Positions 48,827 through 62,235 are shown, counted from the first letter of the stretch. The stretch is 64,000 nucleotides of DNA from Tubulanus polymorphus (GCF_964204645.1 NC_134025.1:620001-684000), one strand, 5' to 3'. Program-made: numbers and translations. The notes: generated from the sequence alone by a model not told the origin.

Positions 48827-51800
48827 ATGCCAGAACCAACTGTAGAAAACATGGAAGAAACTGAAGTAGAAACCTTTGCGTTTCAAGCTGAGATCGCTCA
48901 ATTAATGAGTTTGATCATCAACACATTTTACTCAAACAAAGAAATTTTCCTGCGAGAATTGATTTCAAATTCTTCCGATGCTTTGGATAAAATCCGCTAC
49001 CAGAGTTTGACCGACCCGGCAGTTCTGGACAGCGGCAAAGATCTGAAGATCGATATCATCCCCGACCCGGCCAACAATGTCCTGACTATCGAGGATTCTG
49101 GTATCGGAATGACGAAGGCTGATTTAGTGAACAATCTCGGAACGATCGCTAAATCTGGAACTAAAGCTTTCATGGAGGCTTTACAGGTAAATAACCCCTA
49201 ATTCATTAGGGGATCACCACATTCCCTGATCTATGAAAGAACAATGAAGTTTGGGTTTATTTCGAGAAAAGATGAAATAATTTGCTATTCTTATTGGCAA
49301 TGCAGTGGCTGCCCGATATCAGAGGCAATTAGTCAATCTCAAAATTATTTAAAATATCCGCTTAGCGTTGGTCTTGGATGTAATAGTCTCATAACTGGAT
49401 TCAATAACTAACTTCTAATTTTCATGATTAATTGAAATGAGAGTTTTCTGTTTTCTCTTCATATCTATTCTAAAATCATGGTTCCTACAGATCAGGGTAA
49501 TTGGGAAAAACTTGGGAATTTGAAAAATCGTCCTCAAATCAGGGAAATACTTGGGAAATTCATTACATTTTACATATATTGCATTTGCCAAGGGCAACTT
49601 TCTTCAGCGATTTTCCCTTGAAAATCACATTCATCGACCAGTCACCACTAAAATAACATGACGATATGTGTTCATTTCCATTTGGGAAAATTGAAAAATC
49701 ACCCATGAAGTACTTGGGAATTTTGAATTCATACAACTGTGGGAACCATGTAAAATGTATATGATGTATAATTTCAGTCTGGAGTTGACATATCTATGAT
49801 TGGTCAATTTGGTGTTGGTTTCTACTCTGCGTATCTCGTCGCTGATCGTGTAACAGTTCACACTAAACACAACGACGACGAACAGTACGTGTGGGAGTCC
49901 TCGGCCGGTGGATCGTTCACAGTCCGTAACGCTAACGCCTCGGACCCCGTCATCAAACGAGGAACGAGGATCATTCTTCACATCAAAGAGGATCAAAACG
50001 AATACATCGAGGAGAAACGCGTTAAGGAAGTCGTGAAGAAACACAGTCAATTCATCGGATACCCGATCACGCTGTTCGTCGAGAAAGAACGAGAAAAAGA
50101 GATCAGCGACGACGAAGAAGAGGAAGAAAAAGAAGAAAAGAAAGAGGGAGAGGAGGAAGAAGAGAAGGTAAAATTGAATCTCGTTTCCGTGGGAAATATT
50201 GAGAAAGTTATTGTCGCAAATGATGTTGAATTCTTTTCCCAGCTTATCCATATATGCTGATACAGCGCTAACTAAAGCCAATCATCTGATGCGACCAAAC
50301 TATAAACTTTCTGAATCCTGGCAGCTCTACAGTTCACAGTCAACTTCTGACTTCACAATTTGGAAGTGAAATGTCTCAGAATTGTTAAACTCTGTCCCAG
50401 ATTCAATGAGTGTGTAGTGTGTGTAAGTAATGCTTGGATGTATTTTAAGGCTGATGAAGACAAACCAAAGATAGAAGATCTGGATGAAGATGAGGACGCC
50501 GATAAGAAAACTGATAAGAAAAAGAAGAAGATTAAGGAGAAGTACATCGACTCTGAAGAGCTGAATAAAACTAAACCTCTGTGGACACGTAATCCTGACG
50601 ATATCACACAGGAAGAATACGGAGAGTTCTATAAATCATTGACCAACGATTGGGAAGAACATTTAGCTGTCAAGGTAGATATTTACGTTCTGGAAATAGG
50701 AACCAGTCCAACCTAGTTTAATCCTAATGATTACTTATTCTTAGCTAATTCCAATAAGGAATACAAATTAGGGGTCAGAAATTGAGATGACTTGAGTTGG
50801 CCGATTAATTGGCCACTTAACTGAATCAAACTGTATTTGATTCTTTTATAAGTTGCAAATGATGTTGAATTCTTTTCCCAGCTTATCCATAGATGCTGAT
50901 ACCGTGCTAACTAAGCCAATCATCTGATGCAACTTGAACATGATTATTTGGTGGTTCATCTATTTGAAATTGATGAAGTAAAATGATTTGAAATGTTTTT
51001 TTTTGCAGCATTTCTCAGTTGAAGGTCAACTGGAATTCCGTGCTCTGTTATTCATCCCAAAACGAGCTCCGTTCGATTTGTTTGAAAGCAAAAAGAAACG
51101 AAACAACATCAAACTGTACGTGAGACGTGTATTTATCATGGATAACTGTGAAGATCTTATTCCTGAATATCTCAGTAAGTTCTAACTATCCAACAAACTA
51201 CTGGACCCAGTTCCACAGTTCTGGGTTAAAGTGAGTTCATTTTCAGTGAGTTAAATCTTAACTCACAACTGTGGAACTGGACCCCGTCTTTTATGATTCC
51301 TAATTCACTATTAATCAATGTTTGAATATCATTTTTCTACTGAGGTTCATGTGACCTTTAAAGTTACTTGTCATAAATATAAATGAAGAGTCTCTTGATC
51401 GCAAATGATGTTGAATTCTTTTCCCAGCTTATCCATATATGCTGATACAGCGCTAACTAAAGCCAATTATCTGATGCAGTAATTCATTAGACTCTTACAA
51501 TTCAATTAAAAACTGATGTTCATTTCACCTCGTCAGGTGTCTGATTAGTGCCTGATTTTACAGATAGATGTCGCTAGTTGTACGCTCTAAATGATAAGTC
51601 TATTTTGCGTTACAGATTTCATCAAGGGTGTAGTTGACTCCGAAGATTTACCGTTAAACATTTCTCGTGAAATGTTGCAACAAAGCAAAATCCTGAAAGT
51701 CATCCGTAAAAATCTCGTGAAGAAGTGCATGGAATTGATCGAAAGCATCGCCGAAGATAAAGACAACTTTGCCAAGTTCTACGAGCATTTCGCCAAGAAC

Positions 51801-53375
51801 ATGAAACTCGGAATTCACGAGGATACGACCAACAGGAAGAAACTCGCTGATTTCCTCAGATATTATTCCTCTCAATCCGGAGACGAAATGACTTCATTGA
51901 AGGATTACGTGTCGAGAATGAAGGAGAACCAGAAATCCATCTATTTCATCACCGGTAAATATCTCATAAATTTATCTCTAGTTTCACTGATACAGGTATC
52001 AATCTGCTGCCTCGAATCGGGACCTCTGTCAAAGTCTTCTGTTGTTGATTTACAATTAAAAATTTCTCGGATGAAGTTCTGAACATATGTAATGCGTGAA
52101 TTCTTAAAAGTTGATCTAATATTGAATATTTGACGTGTAAGCAGATTGATACTTGAATTTGTAGATTTCTAGAGTCAAAATAATTCATTCTTTTCGCAAA
52201 TGATGTTGAATTCTTTTCCCAGCTTATCCATATATGCTGATACAGCGCTAACTAAAGCCAATCATCTGATGCAATGATCTGCGGTATAAATGACTGTATA
52301 AACTGAGTGTAGATTTGATCTGAATGCAGTGTTATTTAATTTCCGACAGGTGAAAGCCGTGAACACGTACAGAATTCAGCGTTTGTTGAAGGAGTAAAGA
52401 AGAGAGGATTTGAAGTGTTGTACATGATCGATCCTATCGACGAATACGCTACTCAACAATTGAAAGAATACGACGGTAAAACGCTCGTTTCCGTGACGAA
52501 AGAAGGATTAGAATTACCCGAGGACGAGGAAGAGAAGAAGAAGTTCGAAGAACAGAAAGCTCATTACGAGGGTCTGTGCAAAGTGATGAAGGAGATTCTC
52601 GATAAGAAAGTCGAAAAGGTAAGAAATCATCCCTTCATTACTTCACTTTAGGTCATTTAATTATCATTAATATGAAACTTAGGGTTTGAAAGAGTTACCT
52701 ATTAGAACTAATCAGTCTTGAGTCGCAAATGATGTTGAATTCTTTTCCCAGCTTATCCATATATGCTGATACAGCGCTAACTAAAGCCAATCATCTGATG
52801 CAGTAATTAAGACTGTTAGTTCTGAATATTGTCTTCAGTTAAATTAATCAAACATTCACTCTATCATTAAGGTGGGGTCTGTTATGTCATTGTAGTTAGT
52901 TTGAACTGTAATTAATTTTGTGTCTAATTTCTAGGTTGTTGTATCAAACCGTTTGATCACGTCGCCGTGTTGTATTGTCACAAGTCAATACGGTTGGTCC
53001 GCGAACATGGAACGCATCATGAAAGCACAAGCTCTCCGCGATACGTCCACGATGGGTTACATGGCCGCCAAGAAACACCTCGAAGTCAACCCCGATCATT
53101 CCATCGTGAAAACGCTTCGCGAGAAAGCCGAAACCGATAAAAACGATAAATCAGTTAAAGACTTAGTAATGTTATTATTCGAAACATCTCTTCTGTCGTC
53201 GGGATTTACTCTCGAGGAACCGCAGATTCACGCCGATAGAATTCATCGCATGATTAAACTAGGTTTAGGAGTCGAAGAGGACGAGATCGAAACCACGGAG
53301 ACGGCCGATGAATCGATGCCACCCCTGGAAGGTGAGGACGGAGACGATAGCACGCGTATGGAGGAAATCGATTAA
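48827..53375 (+). CDS. HSP90: Cytosolic HSP90 (Hsp83/HSP90A)
   Basis: [75 protein letters not shown]-terminal MEEID. Exons 48827-49186, 49778-50167, 50450-50674, 51009-51174, 51616-51954, 52350-52618, 52935-53375. A lone ATG (48270-72) ends exon 1. Confidence 0.99.
49477..49750. mobile_element. hAT-like MITE with 6-bp TSD in HSP90 intron 2
   Basis: TIR catggttcctaca / tgtgggaaccatg, with taaaat on both flanks. Confidence 0.75.
50213..50295 (+). ncRNA. Box C/D snoRNA, copy 1 (HSP90 intron)
   Basis: C box ATGATGT, internal CTGA, D box CTGA, terminal stem gtcgca/tgcgac. Confidence 0.88.
50850..50935 (+). ncRNA. Box C/D snoRNA, copy 2
   Basis: Same core with a few substitutions; terminal stem aagttgca/tgcaactt differs in sequence from copy 1 but still pairs. 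Confidence 0.88.
51401..51477 (+). ncRNA. Box C/D snoRNA, copy 3
   Basis: Same core with one C>T before the D box; external stem aagagtct/agactctt. Confidence 0.88.
52196..52272 (+). ncRNA. Box C/D snoRNA, copy 4
   Basis: Core identical to copy 1; D box ~80 nt from the 3' splice site. Confidence 0.88.
52725..52801 (+). ncRNA. Box C/D snoRNA, copy 5
   Basis: Core identical to copy 1; external stem agaactaatcagtctt/aagactgttagttct. Confidence 0.88.
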
Positions 53376-53892
53376 ATCTTTAAACTCTTTAATTAGTATT
53401 TTTCAAGCGAAGATCAAATTCAAACTCATCAATGTTGTCTTTATGGACGTTGCCCTTATTGATGTCAGTCGTTAGTTAAATATTATCATTGTAATTACAG
53501 TGGAACCTCGTTAAAATGAGGCAGATTATAATCTGATGCCTCCACCGACGATTGGGTTCCACTGTAGTAATATTTATCATTAGGTTATCTTAGAATTATT
53601 GAAACTGGTTAAAACTGTACTAGTGGAATCTATTGTGTAACCTTATTGATTTATTCAATCAACGATGTTGAAAAGAGACAATAAAATTCTTTTGTATTAA
53701 TTTAGTCCGTATTTAGTGGTAAATCTTTTTTTGAGGTGGTGAAATTGAGGATATTAGTGGTAGAACTTCATTATCTCAAATCCATAGAATGGTTGCCTGT
53801 GAATGCTATGCTGATCGTGTATTATCTTAATCGATATAGGATCGAAATTGGAGACATCCGGATAGAGTCGGCCCCCATGATGCGCATGACTT

Positions 53893-54074
53893 GGTGGCAG
53901 CACTGTACGGTCCCCTATAGGAATTTCTGTGAACTAATTAACGAGGACGGTTAGTGTATAGACTGGTTACCGGTCTCTAAGATATTGAATGGGACAGGCA
54001 ACCAGTCTAGGTTAGAGTACGGAAATAAAATTAGTTCACAGAAATTCCGCTTGGGGACCGTACAGTGCTGCCAC
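53893..54074. mobile_element. Fold-back MITE with ~45-bp arms, containing a nested TAG...CTA mini-element (53959-54009)
   Basis: gtggcagcactgtacggtcccc..ggaatttctgtgaactaatt pairs with aattagttcacagaaattcc..ggggaccgtacagtgctgccac; inner tagactggttacc/ggcaaccagtcta. Confidence 0.8.
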
Positions 54075-54153
54075 AACTTTGATTGAAAAACAGATATTAA
54101 AATAGGATGTCCCCAGGGTTACTACGGTTAATGGCGATTCTGTTCTCTCGGTG

Positions 54154-54878
54154 AATGCTGTAACCTAGGCATCACGAGATTACTATCTGTGGATGCTGTA
54201 ACCTAGGCATCACGAGATTACTATCTGTGGATGCTGTAACCTAGGCATCACGAGATTACTATCTGTGTGATGCTGTAACCTAGGCATCACGAGATTACTA
54301 CTATCGGTGGATGCTGTAACCTAGGCATCACGAGATTACTATCGGTGGATGCTGTAACCTAGGCATCACGAGATTACTATCTGTGGATGCTGTTACCTAG
54401 AGGCATCACGAGATTACTATCTGTGGATGCTGTTACCTAGAGGCATCACGAGATTACTATCTGTGGATGCTGTAACCTAGGCATCACGAGATTACTATCT
54501 GTGGATGCTGTAACCTAGGCATCACAAGATTACTATCGGTGGATGCTGTAACCTAGGCATCACGAGATTACTACTATCGGTGGATGCTGTAACCTAGGCA
54601 TCACGAGATTACTATCGGTGGATGCTGTAACCTAGGCATCACGAGATTACTATCTGTGGATGCTGTAACCTAGGCATCACGAGATTACTATCAGTGGATG
54701 CTGTAACCTAGGCATCGCGAGATTACTATCTGTGGATGCTGTAACCTAGGAATCGCGAGATTACTATCTGTGGATGCTGTAACCTAGGCATCACGAGATT
54801 ACTATCTGTGGATGCTGTAACCTAGGCATCACGAGATTACTATCGGTGGATGCTGTAACCTAGGCATCACGAGACTAC
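54154..54878. repeat. 38-bp minisatellite, ~19 copies
   Basis: Unit gatgctgtaacctaggcatcacgagattactatctgtg, with no spacers. Confidence 0.97.
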
Positions 54879-56101
54879 CTACTATTGTATCCTCCTATTC
54901 TATCCTTTTTAGGGGTTATCCCCCAGAAAACCAACTACATTCTCAGGATGTTGTATTTTAATTTTCCAGACAGACGTTCCGAAATACTACTTCAAAATAA
55001 ATCTTGCGTTCAATCCTGTTGAGACAAGAGATTTCCATTACAGCGACCAAAAGACAAACAACAAGTCAGATTTCTGCATTGATATTTGAATATATTTGTG
55101 ACTAATGAATATAGTTCACGCAGACCATCATCATACACAGCATCAGTCAGTCATACGGAATCAAGAGGCTCAGCCTCAAACAATAGTCCATTCGTTAAAG
55201 AATTTTGTGAGATACAGACCTAGAATTAATGTTTATTTAGGAGACAGTTAAAGTATCTGTGTAATTATTTCATATCACAGTTAACATACTGAAACAATTG
55301 AACATTAAATAAGAGTAGTGGACACAAGGGCTCGTTGTAGTTTAAGCTTAAAGTTTGAACCTCAGAAAATGATGGCAGGGTTCGTACTGTTTTATAGTCT
55401 GATTTTCCGTAAACTTGTCCAGGCTAAATATCCAAATATCTTTATCTACTGAATGAGCTTATACGTAATAAGGCAGAATGGAAAGTTTTTTAATTCAAAT
55501 ACTACCAGGCCTACGGTACAACAACCACCAAGAATTATCCCCACATTTCTAAAATATCATAGCATCAGAACAAACACTTAAAATTTCTTAACTTTATTCA
55601 GGACCTGTACGAACCCTGGGAGAAGCAGTTCTTTCTTATAGAGATAACACTGAGTTATACGGCTTATTTTCAAGATAAACCGAGTAGATTTGACTAGGCC
55701 TTCATCACTATACGCAGATGATAGATAATGGATAGTAAAGACAATTGCCATTTGAGCAGTCGTGACTTAGCTCCAAAATTAGACTGGTCTGCAGTTTTCA
55801 AGTCATGACTGTATAACTGGCCTCAGAATTTGAAATTCAGTGAACCTCAGTAGATATTTTGGCACGGTTATATTTGTTCTCATGAAATAGTTTCACAATC
55901 ATTAATAAGACTGAAATGATGAAGGTTTATTCGAGCGTTGACTTCATCATTGATACCATAAAGTATTCATTTAATTATTGATGAATTTATTCAATTTTTG
56001 TGAACCTTAAACTAAAATAAATGACACCAAACAGAATCTTAACAGTCAAACTCGGCTTAAGTCGTCATCTCTAGTTTTGAGTCGCAATTTGTATGTCTTA
56101 T

Positions 56102-56346
56102 CAGGGTCCGATCTAAGGAATGAAAGCCACTTGCCCAGGGGGGGGGGGCAAGCATATCTGGAATTTCACTTGCCTCCTCCAAAAGCTACTTGCCCTACAC
56201 AGGCAGTCCGATTGGTGGCACTATCATCCATTTTATCGAGTGGGAAAAAAGCTTTGTGACATGAAACTGCACTAGGTTCATAATACTTGCCCTGATGAGA
56301 ATATACTTGTCCGCGGCAATCGGACAAGTGCTTAGATCGGACCCTG
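56102..56346. mobile_element. hAT-like MITE (CAGGG termini, 5-bp TSD); second copy at 61990-62235
   Basis: 16-bp TIR cagggtccgatctaag / cttagatcggaccctg; cttat on both flanks. Confidence 0.88.
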
Positions 56347-57453
56347 CTTATTCAATTCATTAAGTAAAAGTCATCAACAAAATGATCATCACAACAACTT
56401 AAGCAAGTTTCAATGTATGGGGAAACTGCAACACCAACTTTCCCACCAGATGGCGCGACGAGCAATCAGTCTTACGTTTTCAAAATAAGTTCATTACCAA
56501 TCAATTCTGAACTAAATTGAGGTTATTCATTTTTCAAAATTCATTTTTCACTCCTTGATTGAGTTTTCATTAATAATTGATTCATTAAACAGAAAAGTGA
56601 GTTCACTCGATGTAAGAAATTGAACGCAGAAGACGGAGTAACTACTAGTGACACCTGGTGGATCCTCACTCGCCATAAGTGGAATGATTGCCTCAGTAGC
56701 GTTGGAGGTTCCCCATTTCATATAAAACATCTATTGCATAATCTAACATGCCAGGGTCTGTTTTTATAAATAGAGCGCGACCCCTTACACTGTGTTGAGA
56801 GAGAGAGGCAGTTATTGTTAGATTTCAGAAGCAAGCGAAAGATTATGTACAAATCTGTAGATAGTACGCAGGAGACACAATAGACGGCAGCACCATACGA
56901 TCACAAATAAACATCACAAAAACACGTCGTTTATAATTTTATCACACTTTGATGAGAAACACGGATTGAACCCGCGGTTTAAAATCCATTCTCTGGTTTA
57001 AAACATTCGGTGGATCATTCCACTTCCACTTCCACACACATCTAAAACATATCAGAAACATACAATTATACAATCGATCAGTTTATAGATCTCATTGTGG
57101 ATAATGATACAAAATTAAAACTGTGATGAACTGTCAGCAGCTGAGACATGTATTCTTCCACAATATCCCCTTAATTCAAAACACAATTTTAGAAATCCTT
57201 GATCTGTGTCAAGTAGCCATATACAGTAAACCCTGGGCCCAGTTTAACACAACGGTTTCACTCTTAAATCTATTTAATTTCTTCATCAATTCAGTTTATC
57301 TTAAATCGAATTAGGCTTTAATCGTTTTTGTGAAACAGGGCCGTGGAGTGATTTGATTGTTCCTCCGCGAAATCCGAGGCAAATGCTGAGTATACAGAGT
57401 GATTGAATGAATGGAGCTTACCTGACATGGTTGATTAATAATTATGACGAGTC

Positions 57454-60174
57454 TCATAATTCAGGAGATAATCCGTTATCTCGTCCGTTTACTAGAGTTG
57501 ATTCACAGCTGTGTGGAGATTGAGGTGAAGAGATATCACCTGAAATCAAACACAAATTATCCATCAGAGCCACAATGAATAAATAACTAACTCCATTTTC
57601 ATGCCATTTTGGTAAATTAGATTCTTAAGTCAGCTGAAAAATTTCTAATGCCCCATATTTCTGTACCGTCCAGAAAGATGCCATCTAGTTCAGTTGAACC
57701 AGGTCCTTTGAAAACCCCCCCCGGGTCTACCCCCCCTGAGGTTGGTGCCTTCTGTCACATTAACCCACTATTTACGAACTATCATCGTTAGCGTAGTATA
57801 GGACTGGCTCAATAGAGGGCGTTACTCACCACTAATAACACTACCGGGTCGAGCCCACGTACAAACGAATCCCTCCTGACACGCGGTAACTAAACATTCC
57901 TCTCTGAATACTAACGCTGTTAGACGTTCGTGAGCGATTTTCTTACAGACTAGCGGTTCTAATAACGGAACCTCGTCTAATCTCGGACACGCCGCCGTTC
58001 CCAGTATCTTCAACGTATCGTCTAACGGTTTCACGTGATTGTTTCTAAGCAACGACGATTTATCGTTATTTTTACTCGCCAAACTGAAATTACGTTTGTG
58101 TTCTTTTTTATCGTCTTTTCGATCGCCGATGGCGAGGGTCGCGAATTTCTGACTGAGAGACGACGAATTCGACGACGAACTGTCTCCTGTATTGTTCACC
58201 GCTGGGTTCATATCTTTAGGTATTGAGTTAGTATGAGAATGCGGGAGACTGTTACTACGCGGAGGTAACGTATAAACGACGCTAGTTCGCTGACGACCGA
58301 GCGGCAGTTTTAATATATCCTCCGTTAAATCCCATAAACACATCACCGTATCCTGACCGATCGAGCCGAATCTATACGTCGTTATTTTACCCTCGGTCGC
58401 CGAGTGACGTTTCGTATTGTTGAGTTTATTCGATCCTCGCGACGAGGAGTTGAACTCGTCGTCGGATCCTCCGCTGAAATCCGACCCCGGATCGACGTTC
58501 TCGCCGGCTGTGCTCGTCGTGTAACAATCGAACGTTACCGCGTTAACCCACGATTTATGCCCGGCTCCGCGACAAACGACGCGTCTCTCGTGGAACGACC
58601 AGACCGTCACTAAATCATCCTCGCCCCCCGTTACGATATACTTCCCGTCCGGAGACCAACAAACGCATAATAATCCTCCGAAATAACTCTTAGTCGTTCC
58701 GACGAGTTCCATAGAGTTATAATTAAACACTCGTAAATAACCGTCCTGACTGACGATCGTTAGATACTTAGAACACGGACTGAACGCAAACTCATTGATC
58801 GCTCCTTCTCCTATAACCCATCTATACAACGGGTTACGTGTACTCTTAGTTTTACACGTATAAACAGTGAATCCTTCGCCTTGTTTGAATAGCTGATAAT
58901 GAGGAGGTGTCGCCCCGCACAACAGTTCCTCGTTATAAACGTACATTTGACCGCTAGCGTGCGAGACGAGAAACTGATTCTGCGATCCCGGAATCCATCG
59001 GATACAAGTCACTTTAGTTCGATCGATCAATCGCTGAAAATATAACAAATAACATCAGTGAAACTTGAGCTGATTTCGGCGTAATTGTGACAATCATTTA
59101 GATCCTAAATAACGACTTGCAATTAGAAATTACGATTGGGACTCAAAATAGAAATCAATACTTCATGGAGAATTTTACCCCTCAGTCACAATTGTATTGA
59201 ACTGGTCAAAATGAACACTTTATATTTTCACAATCCTTAATAAACAGGCGTTGACTTGTCGAAATAGTTGCACATCTTTTTTACAATTAAGAATTTCAAC
59301 CAATAATTCACAGTTTCAACCGATTCTTACCTCTTCGTTATACAGTTTACTGAGTTCACGTTTAATCGGGTCAATCAGTTGAACCTGACCTGCTGTAAAC
59401 CCAACCAGTAACATCACACTATCGACTGTAGCTGTCAGTCTATTGAAGTCATGGCAAGTCGGTAATGTACCTTTATAAGTTCGCTTGTCAATCGGTTTAG
59501 TCAAATCAGCAGCCTACAAATAAAATACCGTATCAGCATTGATTGTTCACTTAGGACCAAATACAGTACTACCTCTTCTCCATTGTGACTACTAACACGC
59601 CCCCTAGTGGTTAATTAATGTTATGAACCAGCGAGCAATTCACTGGACTCGGTCAAACCACAAAGCAGTTGAGCCATCAACAAAATAGAGAAGTCTTAAT
59701 CATGAATCAATGAAATAACTTGCATAATGTGATCATAATCCTCATACGATTTGCAACCGACAATTCAGATTCAGATTTGCATTTTGACAGCTAACACACC
59801 ACACAATGCCTGAACGAACTGGGAGGATAGAGGAACAATTGAAGGTTTCAGGCCTCGGGTACGCACGGACGGGGATGTCTGTTAGAGAAGAAAAAGGAGG
59901 AAGCATTTCCTCGTACCTTTCTAACTCCTTTATAATTGTAGAAAAACAATTCTCGTCCGACATTGAAACAAATTCGTTCCCCGGATTTCGATGGATCGTT
60001 GTGATCCTGTAAACAGATGAATGATACTTTCACTGCTGTATTCGCCTGTCCGTTATACGCTACTCGATTCGGTCGAGAATATTCCGATAAACTCATTAAT
60101 TTGTAGGTTCCTTCACGAGTAATAAACTGTGTTTTAATTTCTGTCTCTTTCCCTCCTCCCTCACACGACGCCAT
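57454..60174 (-). CDS. WDR20: WD repeat protein 20 (WDR20/DMWD family, USP12/USP46 activator)
   Basis: EIKTQF.TREGTYKL...SEYSRPNRV, ICFNVGRELFFY.YKGVRK, KSYFGGLLCVCWSPDGKYIVTGGEDDLVTVWSF, VPLLEPLVCKKIAHERLT. Exons 60174-59917, 59514-59331, 59033-57830, 57539-57454 (last exon less certain). Confidence 0.95.
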
Positions 60175-60321
60175 ATTGGTTTCTAGCTGAATGTCCCGGA
60201 TGTTTAGAGGCCTGGATCTCGATGAGATCGATTAAACGACTGGGTGAATCACTCGACCGAGACTAAGCGCTCACTTCTCACTGCTGCCATCTATCGAGTA
60301 ACGTAGGAAGCTGACGCCAAC

Positions 60322-61952
<1,631 letters not shown>

Positions 61953-61989
61953 TCACATGATACCCGAGAGGTGTGGTCACATGATACAT

Positions 61990-62235
61990 CAGGGTCCAAT
62001 CTAAAACTTGCCCGGGGGACAAGCATATCTGAAATTTTACTTACCCCCTCCAAAAGCTACTTGCCCTACACAGGCAGTCAGATTGGTGGCACTATCATCC
62101 GTTGTATCGAGTGGGAAATCAGCTTTGTGACATAAAATTGCACTAGCCCGGGGGACAAGTGATAATGATACCTACTTGCCCCTGATGAGATGTACTTGTC
62201 CCGGGCAATCGGACAAGTGCTTAGATCGGACCCTG
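61990..62235. mobile_element. hAT-like MITE copy in the YIPF4 3' UTR
   Basis: Homologous to 56102-56346; flanks tacat/tacct; interrupts a ggtgtggtcacatgat repeat. Confidence 0.85.

Noticed and set aside
49631-50281. 216-aa antisense ORF over HSP90 (also 51654..51875 and antisense ORFs in CEP290)
   Set aside because: Shadow ORFs caused by sense-strand codon bias; no recognisable motifs.
54154-54878. Regular 38-bp repeats with an internal hairpin, CRISPR-like at first sight
   Set aside because: Units are head-to-tail with no unique spacers, there are no cas genes, and the context is eukaryotic: a minisatellite.
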